A stretch of DNA of 63,876 nt, the filler included, from Squatina squatina (taxonomy: Eukaryota): the NCBI GenBank assembly GCA_031763465.1. It is 4 parts of 4 records of this genome, joined end to end, with 100 filler letters (N's around TTAATTAATTAA, not from the genome) between each part and the next. Parts side by side here need not be neighbours in the genome. Positions count along the whole stretch, not along the records: positions 19,996 to 33,786 come from JARFOE010000120.1; positions 33,887 to 47,034 come from JARFOE010000004.1; 2 more parts are not named here. The stretch is one strand, 5' to 3'. This document shows, in pieces, positions 26,586 to 38,857 of this stretch. A program made the translations under genes and the position numbers. Each line of letters opens with the position of its first letter. Positions within the stretch are counted from its first letter, which is position 1. A model generated the notes under the pieces. That model was not told the origin of the DNA, did not search any database, and saw nothing but the letters and a program-made list of their open reading frames with translations.

Positions 26586-27159
26586 AGTTAAAATATTAAG
26601 ACAAAGAAATTTTAGTGGAACCCATTAATTACTAAAATTCCACAACAATATTTCAATTCAATTGTGTTGAAAGGATAGTTTAGCTTACCCATGCTGTAAA
26701 GGGTTAAAGGACTTCTAACTGAGTCTCCTCAATCACTACCTGTTAAACCCCACGATGCAGGATATTTATCAGTAATACTGTGAAATGCTATAAAACAGCA
26801 AATATAGTATATCAGATGGGAAAAAGTACACCTAGACTGCTATAGAAGTGTTTGGAGTGCTTGACGATGGTGTGAAAAGAAACGAATGGACAGATATATT
26901 TCAGATCTGATTTTTCTCATCTTTTTCTCTTAATACCTTTTCACAATTTGACTCAGTTCCATCATTCAGCACATCTTTACCTCTTTTTAAGCTGCTAAAA
27001 TATCTCCACAGACCACGTGCTGGCTGGTTGTAATAATAGTTAGCATATATCTGCAGTTTTGGCATCTGCCCTAACCTTCCCTAATCTTGGCCTTCCTTGT
27101 AGTCNNNNNNNNNNAAAGAGACCCTCCTGCTTTCCCTTTTCTAGTTCTGACCATCTGAA

Positions 27160-27460
27160 TCAGGGGTGGATTAACACATGGGCCTATGGCCTGTACCTAG
27201 GGCCCCAGCCCAATATGGGGTCCTGGTAAAACTCAGAATGCAGAAAAAGTACATGCAATTGCTGGACCAGTTTTATTTCAGCACAGTATATTATGATACG
27301 ATCTTTATTATTAATGCAGTGTGTAAACTTTCTATGGGCCTATCTCCTCACGTATTTTATCACATATTTGTCTTTTAATAGATGGTTGTGAGTTGTGCAA
27401 GATGGGTTTGGGGAGGGAGCCATGAATTTTCTTGGTGCCCAGTAGCCCCCAAGTTCTAGC
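27160..27460. mobile_element. decayed hAT-like non-autonomous element
   Basis: CAGGGGTGGATTAAC end with GGGCCC subterminal motifs. Confidence 0.35.
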
Positions 27461-28146
27461 TAATAAAGGATTTTGTTTAACTTATTAAAGGGAAAAAATG
27501 AAGTAGGTGGTACATGTTGCGAAGGTAGTGATGTGCCACAACACAAGCTTGAGCCGGGAAGCCCAAGGCCAGCCCAAATTTAGGCTAATGGCTTCATTAA
27601 TTGGGTAAGCCGCCAGTGCCTGTTACACCTCCACAGGCAACTCACCCATTTGACAAAATGAATATCGGCCAATTTCCTCCCTGGCAACCTATGAAAGTAA
27701 ATTCCGATGTGGCAAGGGTGGTCGAGTGGCAATGGGGAAGGTAAGTGATTGGGATACTATGGAGCTGGGGGAACATTCTCACTCCTTCTGGCTCCACAGC
27801 AATGATTTTGAAGAAAACACTTACCTTTTAGTGGCTGTTGCTCAGTGACTACTTGAGAATCCTGACCAGAGCAGGCCTGGCTCCTGCTCCACTTCGTGAT
27901 ATCGAATTTAGCAGAGGGGTCCTAAAACAATGCCTTTATTTATTTATTTGTACAGTTTAATGCCAGTTTTAGACAGGTGATACTTGTGTTTTGCCTCAAA
28001 ATGGTTGGACCTTTGGCATGATGCATGGCTACCCATGTGGTCACTAAGTGTGACTATGTGCTTCCTGTCTCCTTCGACTCAATGCTACTGTTTGATGTTG
28101 TATTTTCCTCCCACTGACTTGGATAAGGCAGGCATGCAAAACTCAC

Positions 28147-28284
28147 CGAACACTTGCTTATAGGGGAAGAAATTGGTCATCGTCACTCCTGTTTTGTCCC
28201 CTTGTGTTTGTCCTGTTTTGGACACCGCACCAAAATAGTCTTCCATTGGTCTCCACAAAAATAATACGGACCCCGACCATCGAG
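28147..28284 (-). CDS. candidate exon of an uncharacterised small protein
   Basis: 138 nt, strong G|GTGAGT donor, weaker CAG acceptor. Phase 1-1 frame open: RWSGSVLFLWRPMEDYFGAVSKTGQTQGDKTGVTMTNFFPYKQVF(E), with an internal ATG at 28246. Confidence 0.4.
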
Positions 28285-28619
28285 CTGCACAGGGATGCCA
28301 GATTGGTGTCCACAGCCCCATTAGTTTTATGGAGAGGAGACCAGTTTAAGGTGCTACATGAATTTCTCACCCTATGTGTTCATTACTTTAATACCAGATC
28401 CTGCATAATTTCCACATTAAAGCTGCATTGTACAAATACATACACAATAAGCTGCACAAGCTCAGCTTTCATCAGCCAACAGATAGCTCTGTTCTACCAG
28501 CTTCAGAGAATCTAACACACAGGACCTTCATATATTACGTATATGTGAAGGTGTAAATTGCTGAAACCCTAAAAAAAATATATTTTAGGGCTCTGTTGAG
28601 TGTGGAGTTTTGTCATTTT

Positions 28620-30000
28620 TAATAAAAGAGACAGAGATAATTATAGGGCAGCTAGTTTAATGTCCGTGAAAACTTACAATCTCTAAATTAAGAGGGGATA
28701 GGAAACTAGATTAAAATTGATTAGAAGGGAGAAATCAAGAGAGTCAGAGTAAAGCGCAGTTTTTCAGAGTGGTTGGAAGTGGGTAGTGGTATTCCACAGG
28801 ATATAGTTTTGGGGCTACTTCTATTCACTGTGTATATCAGTGATTTGGATATAGGCCTAGTAGAGGGAGTGGTGTCAAAATGTGCAGATGATTCCAAAAT
28901 AGGAGCTNNNNNNNNNNNNNNNNNNNNNNNNNNNNNNNNNNNNNNNNNNNNNNNNNNNNNNNNNNNNNNNNNNNNNNNNNNNNNNNNNNNNNNNNNNNNN
29001 NNNNNNNNNNNNNNNNNNNNNNNNNNNNNNNNNNNNNNNNNNNNNNNNNNNNNNNNNNNNNNNNNNNNNNNNNNNNNNNNNNNNNNNNNNNNNNNNNNNN
29101 NNNNNNNNNNNNNNNNNNNNNNNNNNNNNNNNNNNNNNNNNNNNNNNNNNNNNNNNNNNNNNNNNNNNNNNNNNNNNNNNNNNNNNNNNNNNNNNNNNNN
29201 NNNNNNNNNNNNNNNNNNNNNNNNNNNNNNNNNNNNNNNNNNNNNNNNNNNNNNNNNNNNNNNNNNNNNNNNNNNNNNNNNNNNNNNNNNNNNNNNNNNN
29301 NNNNNNNNNNNNNNNNNNNNNNNNNNNNNNNNNNNNNNNNNNNNNNNNNNNNNNNNNNNNNNNNNNNNNNNNNNNNNNNNNNNNNNNNNNNNNNNNNNNN
29401 NNNNNNNNNNNNNNNNNNNNNNNNNNNNNNNNNNNNNNNNNNNNNNNNNNNNNNNNNNNNNNNNNNNNNNNNNNNNNNNNNNNNNNNNNNNNNNNNNNNN
29501 NNNNNNNNNNNNNNNNNNNNNNNNNNNNNNNNNNNNNNNNNNNNNNNNNNNNNNNNNNNNNNNNNNNNNNNNNNNNNNNNNNNNNNNNNNNNNNNNNNNN
29601 NNNNNNNNNNNNNNNNNNNNNNNNNNNNNNNNNNNNNNNNNNNNNNNNNNNNNNNNNNNNNNNNNNNNNNNNNNNNNNNNNNNNNNNNNNNNNNNNNNNN
29701 NNNNNNNNNNNNNNNNNNNNNNNNNNNNNNNNTTAAGTTGTTTTTAATAAAATTGCGGGATTTGTGATCATGAGTCTTCACAGTGTGGCCTCTTGAACCC
29801 ATTTAGATAGTTTGCTTCAATGACCTTCTCTGTAATGTATTCCACATGTCTTTACCCTTTGTGTAAATTCCTCGACCGTCCAGGAACTTTATCTCACTGC
29901 AAATTACCCAATGTGATGACAATCTTCTCCTTTTAATCCTAATGCTCAATATTCTTGAAAATATACCCAACCGTTCTGCCCTTCTGTTTAGGGCATAAAC
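28620..30000. mobile_element. CR1 fragments flanking a sized gap (28908-29732)
   Basis: VGSGIPQDIVLGLLLFTVYISDLD...SKCADDSKI on the + strand; a decayed CR1 3' end on the - strand after the gap. Confidence 0.75.
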
Positions 30001-30639
30001 TTTTAATAGCACAGGGACCAAAAAATATTAAAACTTAAACTGATTTGGTTCTTGCACGGGTTACCAAGAATCGCAGCACTTTGAACAATGGAACAGTCCT
30101 TCCAGAAGTTCTGCTGTTTATAATGATTCTTTTGTTTTTGAGTTTGCTCCGAGACAAAATAAATGCAGCTCGCAGCTTAGAATATAATGCAAAAGATAAA
30201 GATAAAAAATGATAAATTTCAAGTGCAAAGTTTAATTTGTAACTTGTACACTTGTAACTTGCTGTATTTGCTTAATATAGTATAATAATCAACATTGCTT
30301 TTTTCAAGAAAGTCACTGTGACAAATGGTGAGTTTCATCACATTTCATATCATAGGAAAGCCGTTTTAAAAATATTTCTGAGTGTGGTCTTTCTTTGCTG
30401 GTCAGTTTAGACTGGGTTTACTGCAAATTGAACCCACATGCGTTCTGTGTGGCTAGAAATGCCACAAGGGGCCAGCCCATCTTTTGTTAGTTGAAGTAAT
30501 TACTTGCAGTCACCTGGCCTATTTAGGAGAGCTGGCTTGTCTCCTAAATTTTGCTTGCTGTAAAAGTCCAATCTGGCTGGATACATAACAGACAGAGATT
30601 CACACAATACAGATAGGTGAGTCACACACCATTCTGACT

Positions 30640-30815
30640 TAAACATATATCAACCTTTTCTTCATCGTCGTTGGGTCAAAATCCTGGAACTCCCTACCTA
30701 ACAGCACTGTAGGAGAACCTTCACCCCGCGGACTGCAGCCGTTGAAGAAGGCGGCTCACCACCGTCTTCTCAAGGGCAACTAAGGATGGGCAATAAACAC
30801 TGGCCTTGCCAGCAG
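30640..30815 (+). mobile_element. CR1/Jockey-group LINE 3' end
   Basis: SKSWNSLPNSTVG...GLQPLKKAAHHRLLKGN; same family at 35165-35480. Confidence 0.75.
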
Positions 30816-33224
30816 NNNNNNNNNNNNNNNNNNNNNNNNNNNNNNNNNNNNNNNNNNNNNNNNNNNNNNNNNNNNNNNNNNNNNNNNNNNNNNNNNNNNN
30901 NNNNNNNNNNNNNNNCAGTTAATAAAGACTTATGTGTTGGAAACTCCTCGGCTGTTTCTGTGAAGACATAGAAAAAACGAACACAAAAAGATCAGTTGCA
31001 GATCCTTGAGTGTTTTTTTTAACTGCGAATCTGGAGGCATGTCGACATTTGTCGAGACTTGTGATGTAACGATTGAATGCAGTGCAAGGTGGGGCGTGAA
31101 CGGCAAGAGTCAAAGAAAGCTGAAGCATCTCAGGAACTACAGCAATCTTATCCGACTGATTGTCCGTTCCTTCTCAGCTATATTTTATCTTCATTACTTA
31201 TCTTCAGCGTGCTTAAAACACATTCTTCAAAGAGGTTGTTTGCTGTGCATTGCAAGTAAAATGCCACTTGGAATGAGATCCGAATTATGTTTAATATGTT
31301 ACACTGTGCATTGACAGCAACTTAATAAGGTTTGCAAATTTAAGTCTGCTTTGTAGGGCAATACAATAAAGGAAAATTGGATAAGGCACTTGTTACAAGC
31401 ACAATTCCCAAAACTTCCGTAGTGTGAAAAACCTGTGAATTCCATTGTAGCTCAATGCGACTTCTATTAATTCTGAGCTCTCTGTTTACCCTGAGCTCTC
31501 ATTTTATTGGTTGTCGCAATCACACCACTGACACCAGAAACCGAGCATTTCATCTCTTGACAGGTCTTCACCTGGAGACACGCAGTGTTTATGAAAGCAT
31601 CGAAGCTGTGTTCCTTGGGTGTTCTCGTTAGAACAGAGATTGATTTATCAAGGACAGTCCCTTGGGTAAGCTTAAGTACCAGCTGTGCAGTACCAGGAGA
31701 GACAAAGGTCCCTTAGTTCTTGAAATTACCACATCCTGTTCTAAGGTATGGTGAAAAATAATGCTAGGAAATCGTTTCACAAAGATGAAGGCANNNNNNN
31801 NNNNNNNNNNNNNNNNNNNNNNNNNNNNNNNNNNNNNNNNNNNNNNNNNNNNNNNNNNNNNNNNNNNNNNNNNNNNNNNNNNNNNNNNNNNNNATCACCA
31901 ACAGTAATATTTGGGCTATACCATCAGCTGCCTTCAATTGGTAAGCTATCAACACAACCCCACTGCTCTGTGGGATAAAAATCCTCCTGATCGGTAGTCT
32001 TGCTTGAGACTCATTCATTTTGAACCTGTGTCCTCTATATTTGCGTCCACAGTCCAGTGAAATAGTTTACTTACAGCATGGTGCGAAGCTGGCCGCAAGT
32101 CCATCATCAATTTAGCAGGAGCTGCTTTATCATAAAACAATTACTTGCCAAATTTTATCCAGCTCTATAAAAATACACAGCCGTCAACAGAGGCAAATTT
32201 AGAAACTCCAACCTAATTAGTGCAACGTGTGAAGAAGGTCCATTTAAGACTGAGCACTAAAAATAGCCTGGGCCTCCCTCGTCACTTTCCGTCTGCTGGA
32301 TGAGTACGTTTTTCTCTCATGAGGCTAAACAAATTGGTGGAATTCCTGGAAGATGAACTAACAATTTTATTCAGCCTTAGCAGTAATCTGAAACAGTTTG
32401 AGCAGGGAGCTTTGGGACTACTTCTGAGGACTCTTAGTTCCCTTGGACAGATGCAAAGTGTTACTTGATTAGCAAGCGGGAGCTCAACGAGTTGGACTGT
32501 CGGAGGAGAGAAGTCAGCGATTGTGTGTGTGTNNNNNNNNNNNNNNNNNNNNNNNNNNNNNNNCATCTGCATGTTACCCTCTTTCAACCGTACTTCCCGA
32601 CAAGACACAGTAAACATTTCCCTGTACCAGAAAATTCAGTGTGGAGAAAGGCTGTTGTTGCAAGATCCTATTTATTCCTACCAGAAACTGGCACTGCTCT
32701 CACAATCCCACAGAAGTAATCCTCTGCAAACCAAAGCATCATTGTAAGGCTCCACACGCTGTCCGTTCAATGGGGCTTTTATGCTCGCTGCTCAGCCCCT
32801 TGCATCTTTGGGCTTCATCCATTCTCTATCGTACAACTTGACCCTATTTTTTTTTGAAAGGTCAATTTAAATAGTTTCTTCACAAACAATCCTGCAGCAC
32901 ATATTTGGAACCATGTGTCGTGCACTCCCAGCTCCATTCACACAAAACTAGTCAGGTCAGGGGATTGCATTGTATCATATTAGCGATGATTTCTTGAATA
33001 AGTCTGTGTGAGATTCCTCCATTTGACTAAGGTGTTAACCTGCCTAATTTAAATGGGTTAACAATCCATAATGGCCATCGGATATTTCATACCAACATGT
33101 TAATGCATTTTGTTACTGATATCGCACAGTGTAATTTCAACCCATAAATCAAGTTAATACAGGAGAAAATGTAAGTGGCCTGTGGTTGGGGGGGGGTAAA
33201 TTCAAACTAATCTGTGGAACAATT

Positions 33225-33405
33225 GGGGCAATTTTAATCGAATTCACTGGATGGGAAACCCATGGGATTGGGTGGAACGGCAGTTTTACACCACACCCAA
33301 TATTACTCTCCTTTCAATGGAAAAAAAATCAGGCAGGATGTAAAACCAGCATTCCACCCCATCCCGCCAGGTCCCTAATGGGCAGGATAGGTTAAAATTG
33401 CCCCC
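33225..33405. mobile_element. MITE with terminal inverted repeats
   Basis: TTGGGGCAATTTTAA ... TTAAAATTGCCCCAA perfect inverted ends and a palindromic interior. Confidence 0.7.
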
Positions 33406-33786
33406 AATGAGTGAGTGGTCAGTCTATGGAACACACCCCCAAGGTGGTAGCAGTATTGCTTCATTCAAATTTTGATAGATTTCTTTCAGAAAATGACATT
33501 TTGGGATACAGTATATGAGTAATTTGAGACAGCATGTCTGGGTCTGTTGTAGACTAATTGATAGAGATTGATTGCTATGATTAATCAACAACTCCATTAT
33601 CATTGTATCACGTGACCAGCAGGATGGTAGAAGGCGAACTAGGTGGACCGAGGCCCATTTTCGTCTAGCAATTCCTATGTAAGAGTAGACTTTATGCCAT
33701 AAGTTTCAAGACTTGACATCAAACTTGAACTTCACAACATAAAACACATGGGGGGTGAAATTGCCTCGCGCCCCGAGTGGGATCCC

Positions 33787-33886
33787 NNNNNNNNNNNNNN
33801 NNNNNNNNNNNNNNNNNNNNNNNNNNNNNNTTAATTAATTAANNNNNNNNNNNNNNNNNNNNNNNNNNNNNNNNNNNNNNNNNNNN
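33787..33886. other. artificial scaffold spacer (44N-TTAATTAATTAA-44N)
   Basis: 12-mer at 33831-33842. It supplies the false stop of the 33835..34536 ORF. Confidence 0.95.
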
Positions 33887-34536
33887 ACCAACATGAATAT
33901 GATAAAAACGGTCTTCTCTGTGGGTCGCGAGAGGAAGCAGTCTACTTTGTGTGGGCATGGATACCTCTCACAAGTGTAAATAGCATCCAGCATGAATTTG
34001 AAACCATAAATGCACCACTGAATTAACATAAAAGTCACTTCAAAAATGATTTTAAAGATTATACTGATTGCGTCAGTATGCAAGAGAGATCCTTTAATTT
34101 TAAGTTTGCCTTGCTCCTCCACACCATACTTGATTTTCTTTAGTTCCAATTGTTTCAAGTGCAGGCCCATATCTTCACCTTCTTCTTGGAGTAGCTTTAA
34201 ATGTTTTTCTTTCCTAGATATTCTTTTCTCTTTATGAGAGATGTGAAACACATGGGCCAGGTAGACCAGAGTGGGTGTTGAGACAAAAATAAACTGAAGG
34301 ACCCAGAGTCGAATGTGGGAGATAGGGAAGGATTTGTCATAGCAGACATTGTCACAACCTGGTTGCTGAGTGTTGCATTTGAACGCAGATTGTTCATCGT
34401 TCCAGGCAGATTCTACTGCAGTCCCCAGCACCAGGAGACGAAAGATGAAGAGCACAGAGAGCCATAGTTTTCCTCCTGGAGTCAAATGGTACTGTGCTTT
34501 ATCCAAAAGTTTTCCTAGAACACTCCAGTCACCCAT
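33887..34536 (-). CDS. gja1-like: gap junction alpha-1 (connexin43)-like protein, divergent, truncated in TM4 by the scaffold end
   Basis: [13 protein letters not shown]...[13 protein letters not shown]...GTAVESAW, E1 [21 protein letters not shown], loop [19 protein letters not shown] (GJA1-type), E2 C...[17 protein letters not shown]. Splice acceptor 16 nt before ATG. Confidence 0.9.
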
Positions 34537-35592
34537 CCTGCTTTAACCTTAGCTGTAANNNNNNNNNNNNNNNNNNNNNNNNNNNNNNNNNNNNNNNNNN
34601 NNNNNNNNNNNNNNNNNNNNNNNNNNNNNNNNNNNNNNNNNNNNNNNNNNNNNNNNNNGACCAAAACTGTACACAATACTCCAGGTGTGGTCTCACCAAG
34701 GCCCGATATAATTGCAGTAAGACATCTTTACTCCTTTACTCAAATCCTCTTGTAATAAAGGCAGTAGAGCTTTATCAAGTGTCAAATGGGGGGAAAAATC
34801 TATTTTATATCATTATTATATGACTTTAAATTCACAGTGTAATTTGAATTAAAGGCTGGCTTTGGACCAGTTGTATCTTTAAAAAAAAGTATCTTTGCCT
34901 GTTGCAGAATATTTTATGAGTGAAAGATTAAAGATTTAAGAAAGGTCTGGGGGCTGAAATTCCCAGGCGCCGCATTTAAAATGCGTATGAGGCAGGAGTC
35001 GGCATTTCGCTCGCCGGCGCCCACCCCGCCCCGGCCCTCCCAGAATTCAGTGCTCTGAGGCGCCTGTGGGATGCAGCGCACGCCCGGACACTCCTGGGGC
35101 GGCCGGGGTCAAGCACCAGTAGTGTGGCTTCAGCACCAGCTACGGAATTTAAATTCAGCTAATTAAAAATAATCTGGAATTTTAAAAAAGTTAGTATCAG
35201 TAATGGTGACAATGAAACTATCAGATTGTCATAAAAATCCATCACTAATCCTTACCTGGTCTGGCCTATATGTGACTCCAGACACACAGCAATGTAGTTG
35301 ATTCTTATCTGCCCTCTGAAATGGCCGAGCAAGCCACTCAGTTGTAAACAACTGCTATGAAAAGTACTGCAGCGGTTCAAGAAGGCGACTCATCACCACC
35401 TTTTCAAGGGCAACTAGGGATAGACAATAAATGCTGGCCTTGCCAGCGATGCCCATATCCCAGGAACGAATAAAAAAAATGTAATAGTTGTCACTATTGT
35501 CTACCCTTGTTCCTGTCTTGGGTTCTCGGCACCCTTTTGGCTGCTCTCTGAAATGGAGACAGATTAATTTTTTTTTTCCTAACGTCATGCTC

Positions 35593-36620
35593 TCATTCTT
35601 CCTTAGGAATTTTTCCCAGATCGTCCTTCTGCTTCTCTTCACACTTTTCAATACTACAATGAATCCTATTCTGAGAACTGGGATCCTGGCTACTGCACTG
35701 TTTCGCTGCCTTAAATAGCTCCAAATTGTGGCTTGGTGAAGCTAATTCTGCAGCCAGAACTGATTTATTGGAAGAGTCAGAAAAATATCTGGGGCTGATT
35801 TGATGCCGATACTTCTTACGTGTGGAAACAGTTATTTGCTTGAAAACAAGGTAAATTATTTCAGTTAAATTTAGAACAAGTGACAGACAACTCACAGCCA
35901 ACATGAAAATAATGAAGATGGTCTTTTCTGTTGGGCGTGAAATAAAGCAATCTACCATATGTGGACAGGGATGTCTGTTACATATATATCTGGGATCCAA
36001 AGTGAATCCAAATAGATACCATTGACCCATAATGAAAACAACTTCAAATATGATTTTACACAAAACATTTAAAGTGTNNNNNNNNNNNNNNNNNNNNNNN
36101 NNNNNNNNNNNNNNNNNNNNNNNNNNNNNNNNNNNNNNNNNNNNNNNNNNNNNNNNNNNNNNNNNNNNNNNNNNNNNAAAACATTTAAAGTGTAGGTGAA
36201 TAATAGGATCCCTTGTATTTTTACTTTTCCACGATTTACAATGTACTTTGGTGTCTTCTTTATCTTTCTGAGCCTGATTTCAGTTTCATCAGTTGCTCTT
36301 GCTGCTTTTTCTTCCATGTGGATTACATGTAAAGCATGCCCAAGATATAGCAAGGTAGGTGTTGAGACAAAAATGATCTGAAGAACCCAAAAGCGAATGT
36401 GGGAGATGGGAAATGCTTTATCATAGCAGACATTTTCACAACCAGGTTGACGTGTGTTGCAAACAAAGCCAGACTGTTCATCACCCCAAACCTTCTCTGC
36501 AGCAGCCCCAAGTAATAAGATCCTGAACACAAACAATACAGTGAGCCAGATTTTCCCAACGACTGTAGATTGTGACTGAACTTTATCGAGTAGTCTTCCA
36601 AGAAATGTCCAGTCTCCCAT
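35593..36620 (-). CDS. alpha-connexin, Cx32.7/Cx34.5-type; 303 aa after closing a false gap
   Basis: [33 protein letters not shown]...[27 protein letters not shown], short loop with PKY...GKVKIQG, E2 [21 protein letters not shown]. The 16-mer AAAACATTTAAAGTGT lies on both sides of the 36078-36177 gap; merging gives 912 nt in frame ([16 protein letters not shown]). Confidence 0.92.
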
Positions 36621-36889
36621 TCTTCAAAAATGTTATCTGTCAAATTAAACACAGGCTGAATTATAAATTTGAAACAAATCACCTGAGTTATTTAAATGAA
36701 AATGTTGCACTGCTTCTTATAGTCCTTGGGGTGAAATTCTGCAAGAGTTCTCCCACTCTGCCATAACTTCAGCAGAGGAGCTGTGGAAACTCTGGAAATG
36801 GAGAACCGGGATAGCTTCGGTGGAAATTCAACTCCTGGAGTATTTTCCACACAAATATAAACCTGTCCTTGAAATCTTAAAACATTTAG

Positions 36890-37496
36890 AGTGCCACTGG
36901 TAAGTGCCCAAACCGGGTGTTACATTCGAGGCCCCCTCGATGCGGAGGCACTATACCAGCAGCGAGCGTCAATGACACGGAACTGGTGACTTAGTCACCA
37001 TTCCGGGTCAGTGCAACGTGGCAAATCTAAAGAAGCGTTGCCACAGCGCTGACCCAGCCAATGCCGCGTCACTGCGGGCTTGTGTTGGCAACGTGGTTGG
37101 GCGAGGCCACCGTGCATGCACCAATTGTAGCCTCGCCCCCTGCCTTAAAGGGAAGGGCAACAGGCTGTTGACATGGAGGGAAGTCCAGCGCCGCTGGATC
37201 ACCAGGGACCCGGGTCCAAGCGGTGTAAAATGCTGACACACTCAATGGGGTCAGCGGCAATCGCGGCCGATGCAAAAGCATAGTGGCCTGTGAAACCTGT
37301 CGTTGCAAACGCCTGGGGCCTCGCCGGTAAGCCACACTCCAATTCCGGAGGCAGCTCACCAGCGACGCAGAGGGGGGTCGCGGGCCGGCATAGAGGGGTC
37401 AGCGCGTGACTTGATGATATCGCGTGCTTTACCCTGGCACAAACAGCATCCCCGGCGATGAGGCCTTAGCACCACTGGGGTGCCAGGCCCAATTCC
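36890..37496. mobile_element. GC-rich non-autonomous TIR element (Harbinger-like)
   Basis: Shares TGAAACCTGTCG.TGCAA and CTTAAAGGG blocks with 44545-45020. Confidence 0.55.
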
Positions 37497-38159
37497 NNNN
37501 NNNNNNNNNNNNNNNNNNNNNNNNNNNNNNNNNNNNNNNNNNNNNNNNNNNNNNNNNNNNNNNNNNNNNNNNNNNNNNNNNNNNNNNNNNNNNNNNTTTA
37601 AGTATTGATCAGAATTCATCTTTTTTTTTGCAATCTGTACCATTGTTTTTCTTTTGGAACTCTATGCTCTCTGTGTATGTTATATATGGTCACCGGATCA
37701 CAGTCATGCTTCATTCTGCTGCATGTTCTTTTCGGATGCTTCTGGGATTTTCTTTGGTTCATGTTGCAAATGCAGTTTAATTGTTGATGACAGATTGAAG
37801 AGAGTAAGGGTCAAGTAGTTTGTGCTGATAAAGTTGATCAATAACACCTTGTGACAGTTCATCTGCAGCATTGATTTTGTGTCTTTTCCAATTTGATTCA
37901 GCTGATTTGTTTTCCATATTAACATTTTTGGCTAACTTTAATTGTTATCGTTTATTACATGGTTGATTTTCTTTGAGTGTCTTCCCACACTCAAAATTTC
38001 CTCTTTGAGGTAAATTGTTTAGGATTAATTCCATTTTATTTTCTGATTTGAAGGAAAAGTTTAAACATGTGATAATTCCATTGTCATGTGCTCATTTAGT
38101 ATTTGTAACTCCCTGGAACTACATTAAATGAGCTATATAAATGTAAGGTTCAGCATAAC

Positions 38160-38434
38160 TTTCATGGGTCTGCCCATTTCACTAGTCTGTCTATGTCCTC
38201 ATGAAGTCTGTTACCATCCTCTGCATTGTTTACTAGATTTCCAAGTTTTGTGTCATCTGCAAACTTTGAAATTATGCCATACCCAAGTCCAGGTCATTAA
38301 TATGTATCAAAAAGAGCAGTGGTCCTAATACTGACCCCTGGGAAACACCACTCTCTACTTCCCTCCAGTCTGAAAAACAACCGTTCATCACTACTCTCTA
38401 CTTTCTGTCCCTTAGCCAACTTTGTATCCACGCT
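38160..38434 (-). mobile_element. CR1 RT fragment
   Basis: [33 protein letters not shown]. Confidence 0.85.
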
Positions 38435-38857
38435 NNNNNNNNNNNNNNNNNNNNNNNNNNNNNNNNNNNNNNNNNNNNNNNNNNNNNNNNNNNNNNNNNN
38501 NNNNNNNNNNNNNNNNNNNNNNNNNNNNNNNNNNTAAATCTTTGTAAGCAATTTCTATACTCTGTAATAACTAGTCTTCTTTCTTTGTTTGCTTGCAGCA
38601 TTTAAAGAGACATAAACTATGCAAGAGGATTAAGACAAACTATCAAGGGCTGCAGCACCTCAAAATACTGCTGAAAAACTGAGTTTTTGTGTTTCATGAT
38701 TTTCCAACAAACTATTTGGCAGCCCATTCTGAAAGTCGGACAGTTGTCCTAGAATGCTTGCATAAGTTGTACTGAAGTGAAATCACAAATTTGTGACGGA
38801 TTACTACGCTGTTGCTTAGTCCTTCTCCTAGGATAGAGGTCGTCCCTATTGCACACC

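Noticed and set aside
28773-29802. Long 321-324 aa ORFs (also 61505-62378)
   Set aside because: Almost entirely N; the real flanks are LINE fragments.
35593-36063. A third connexin or a pseudogene fragment
   Set aside because: It is the C-terminal half of the 36620 gene; the gap flanks overlap by 16 nt.
36890-37496. CpG-island promoter for hsdl1 or the connexins
   Set aside because: Shares blocks with the repeat at 44545-45020, so the CpG richness is transposon-derived; exaptation cannot be shown from sequence alone.
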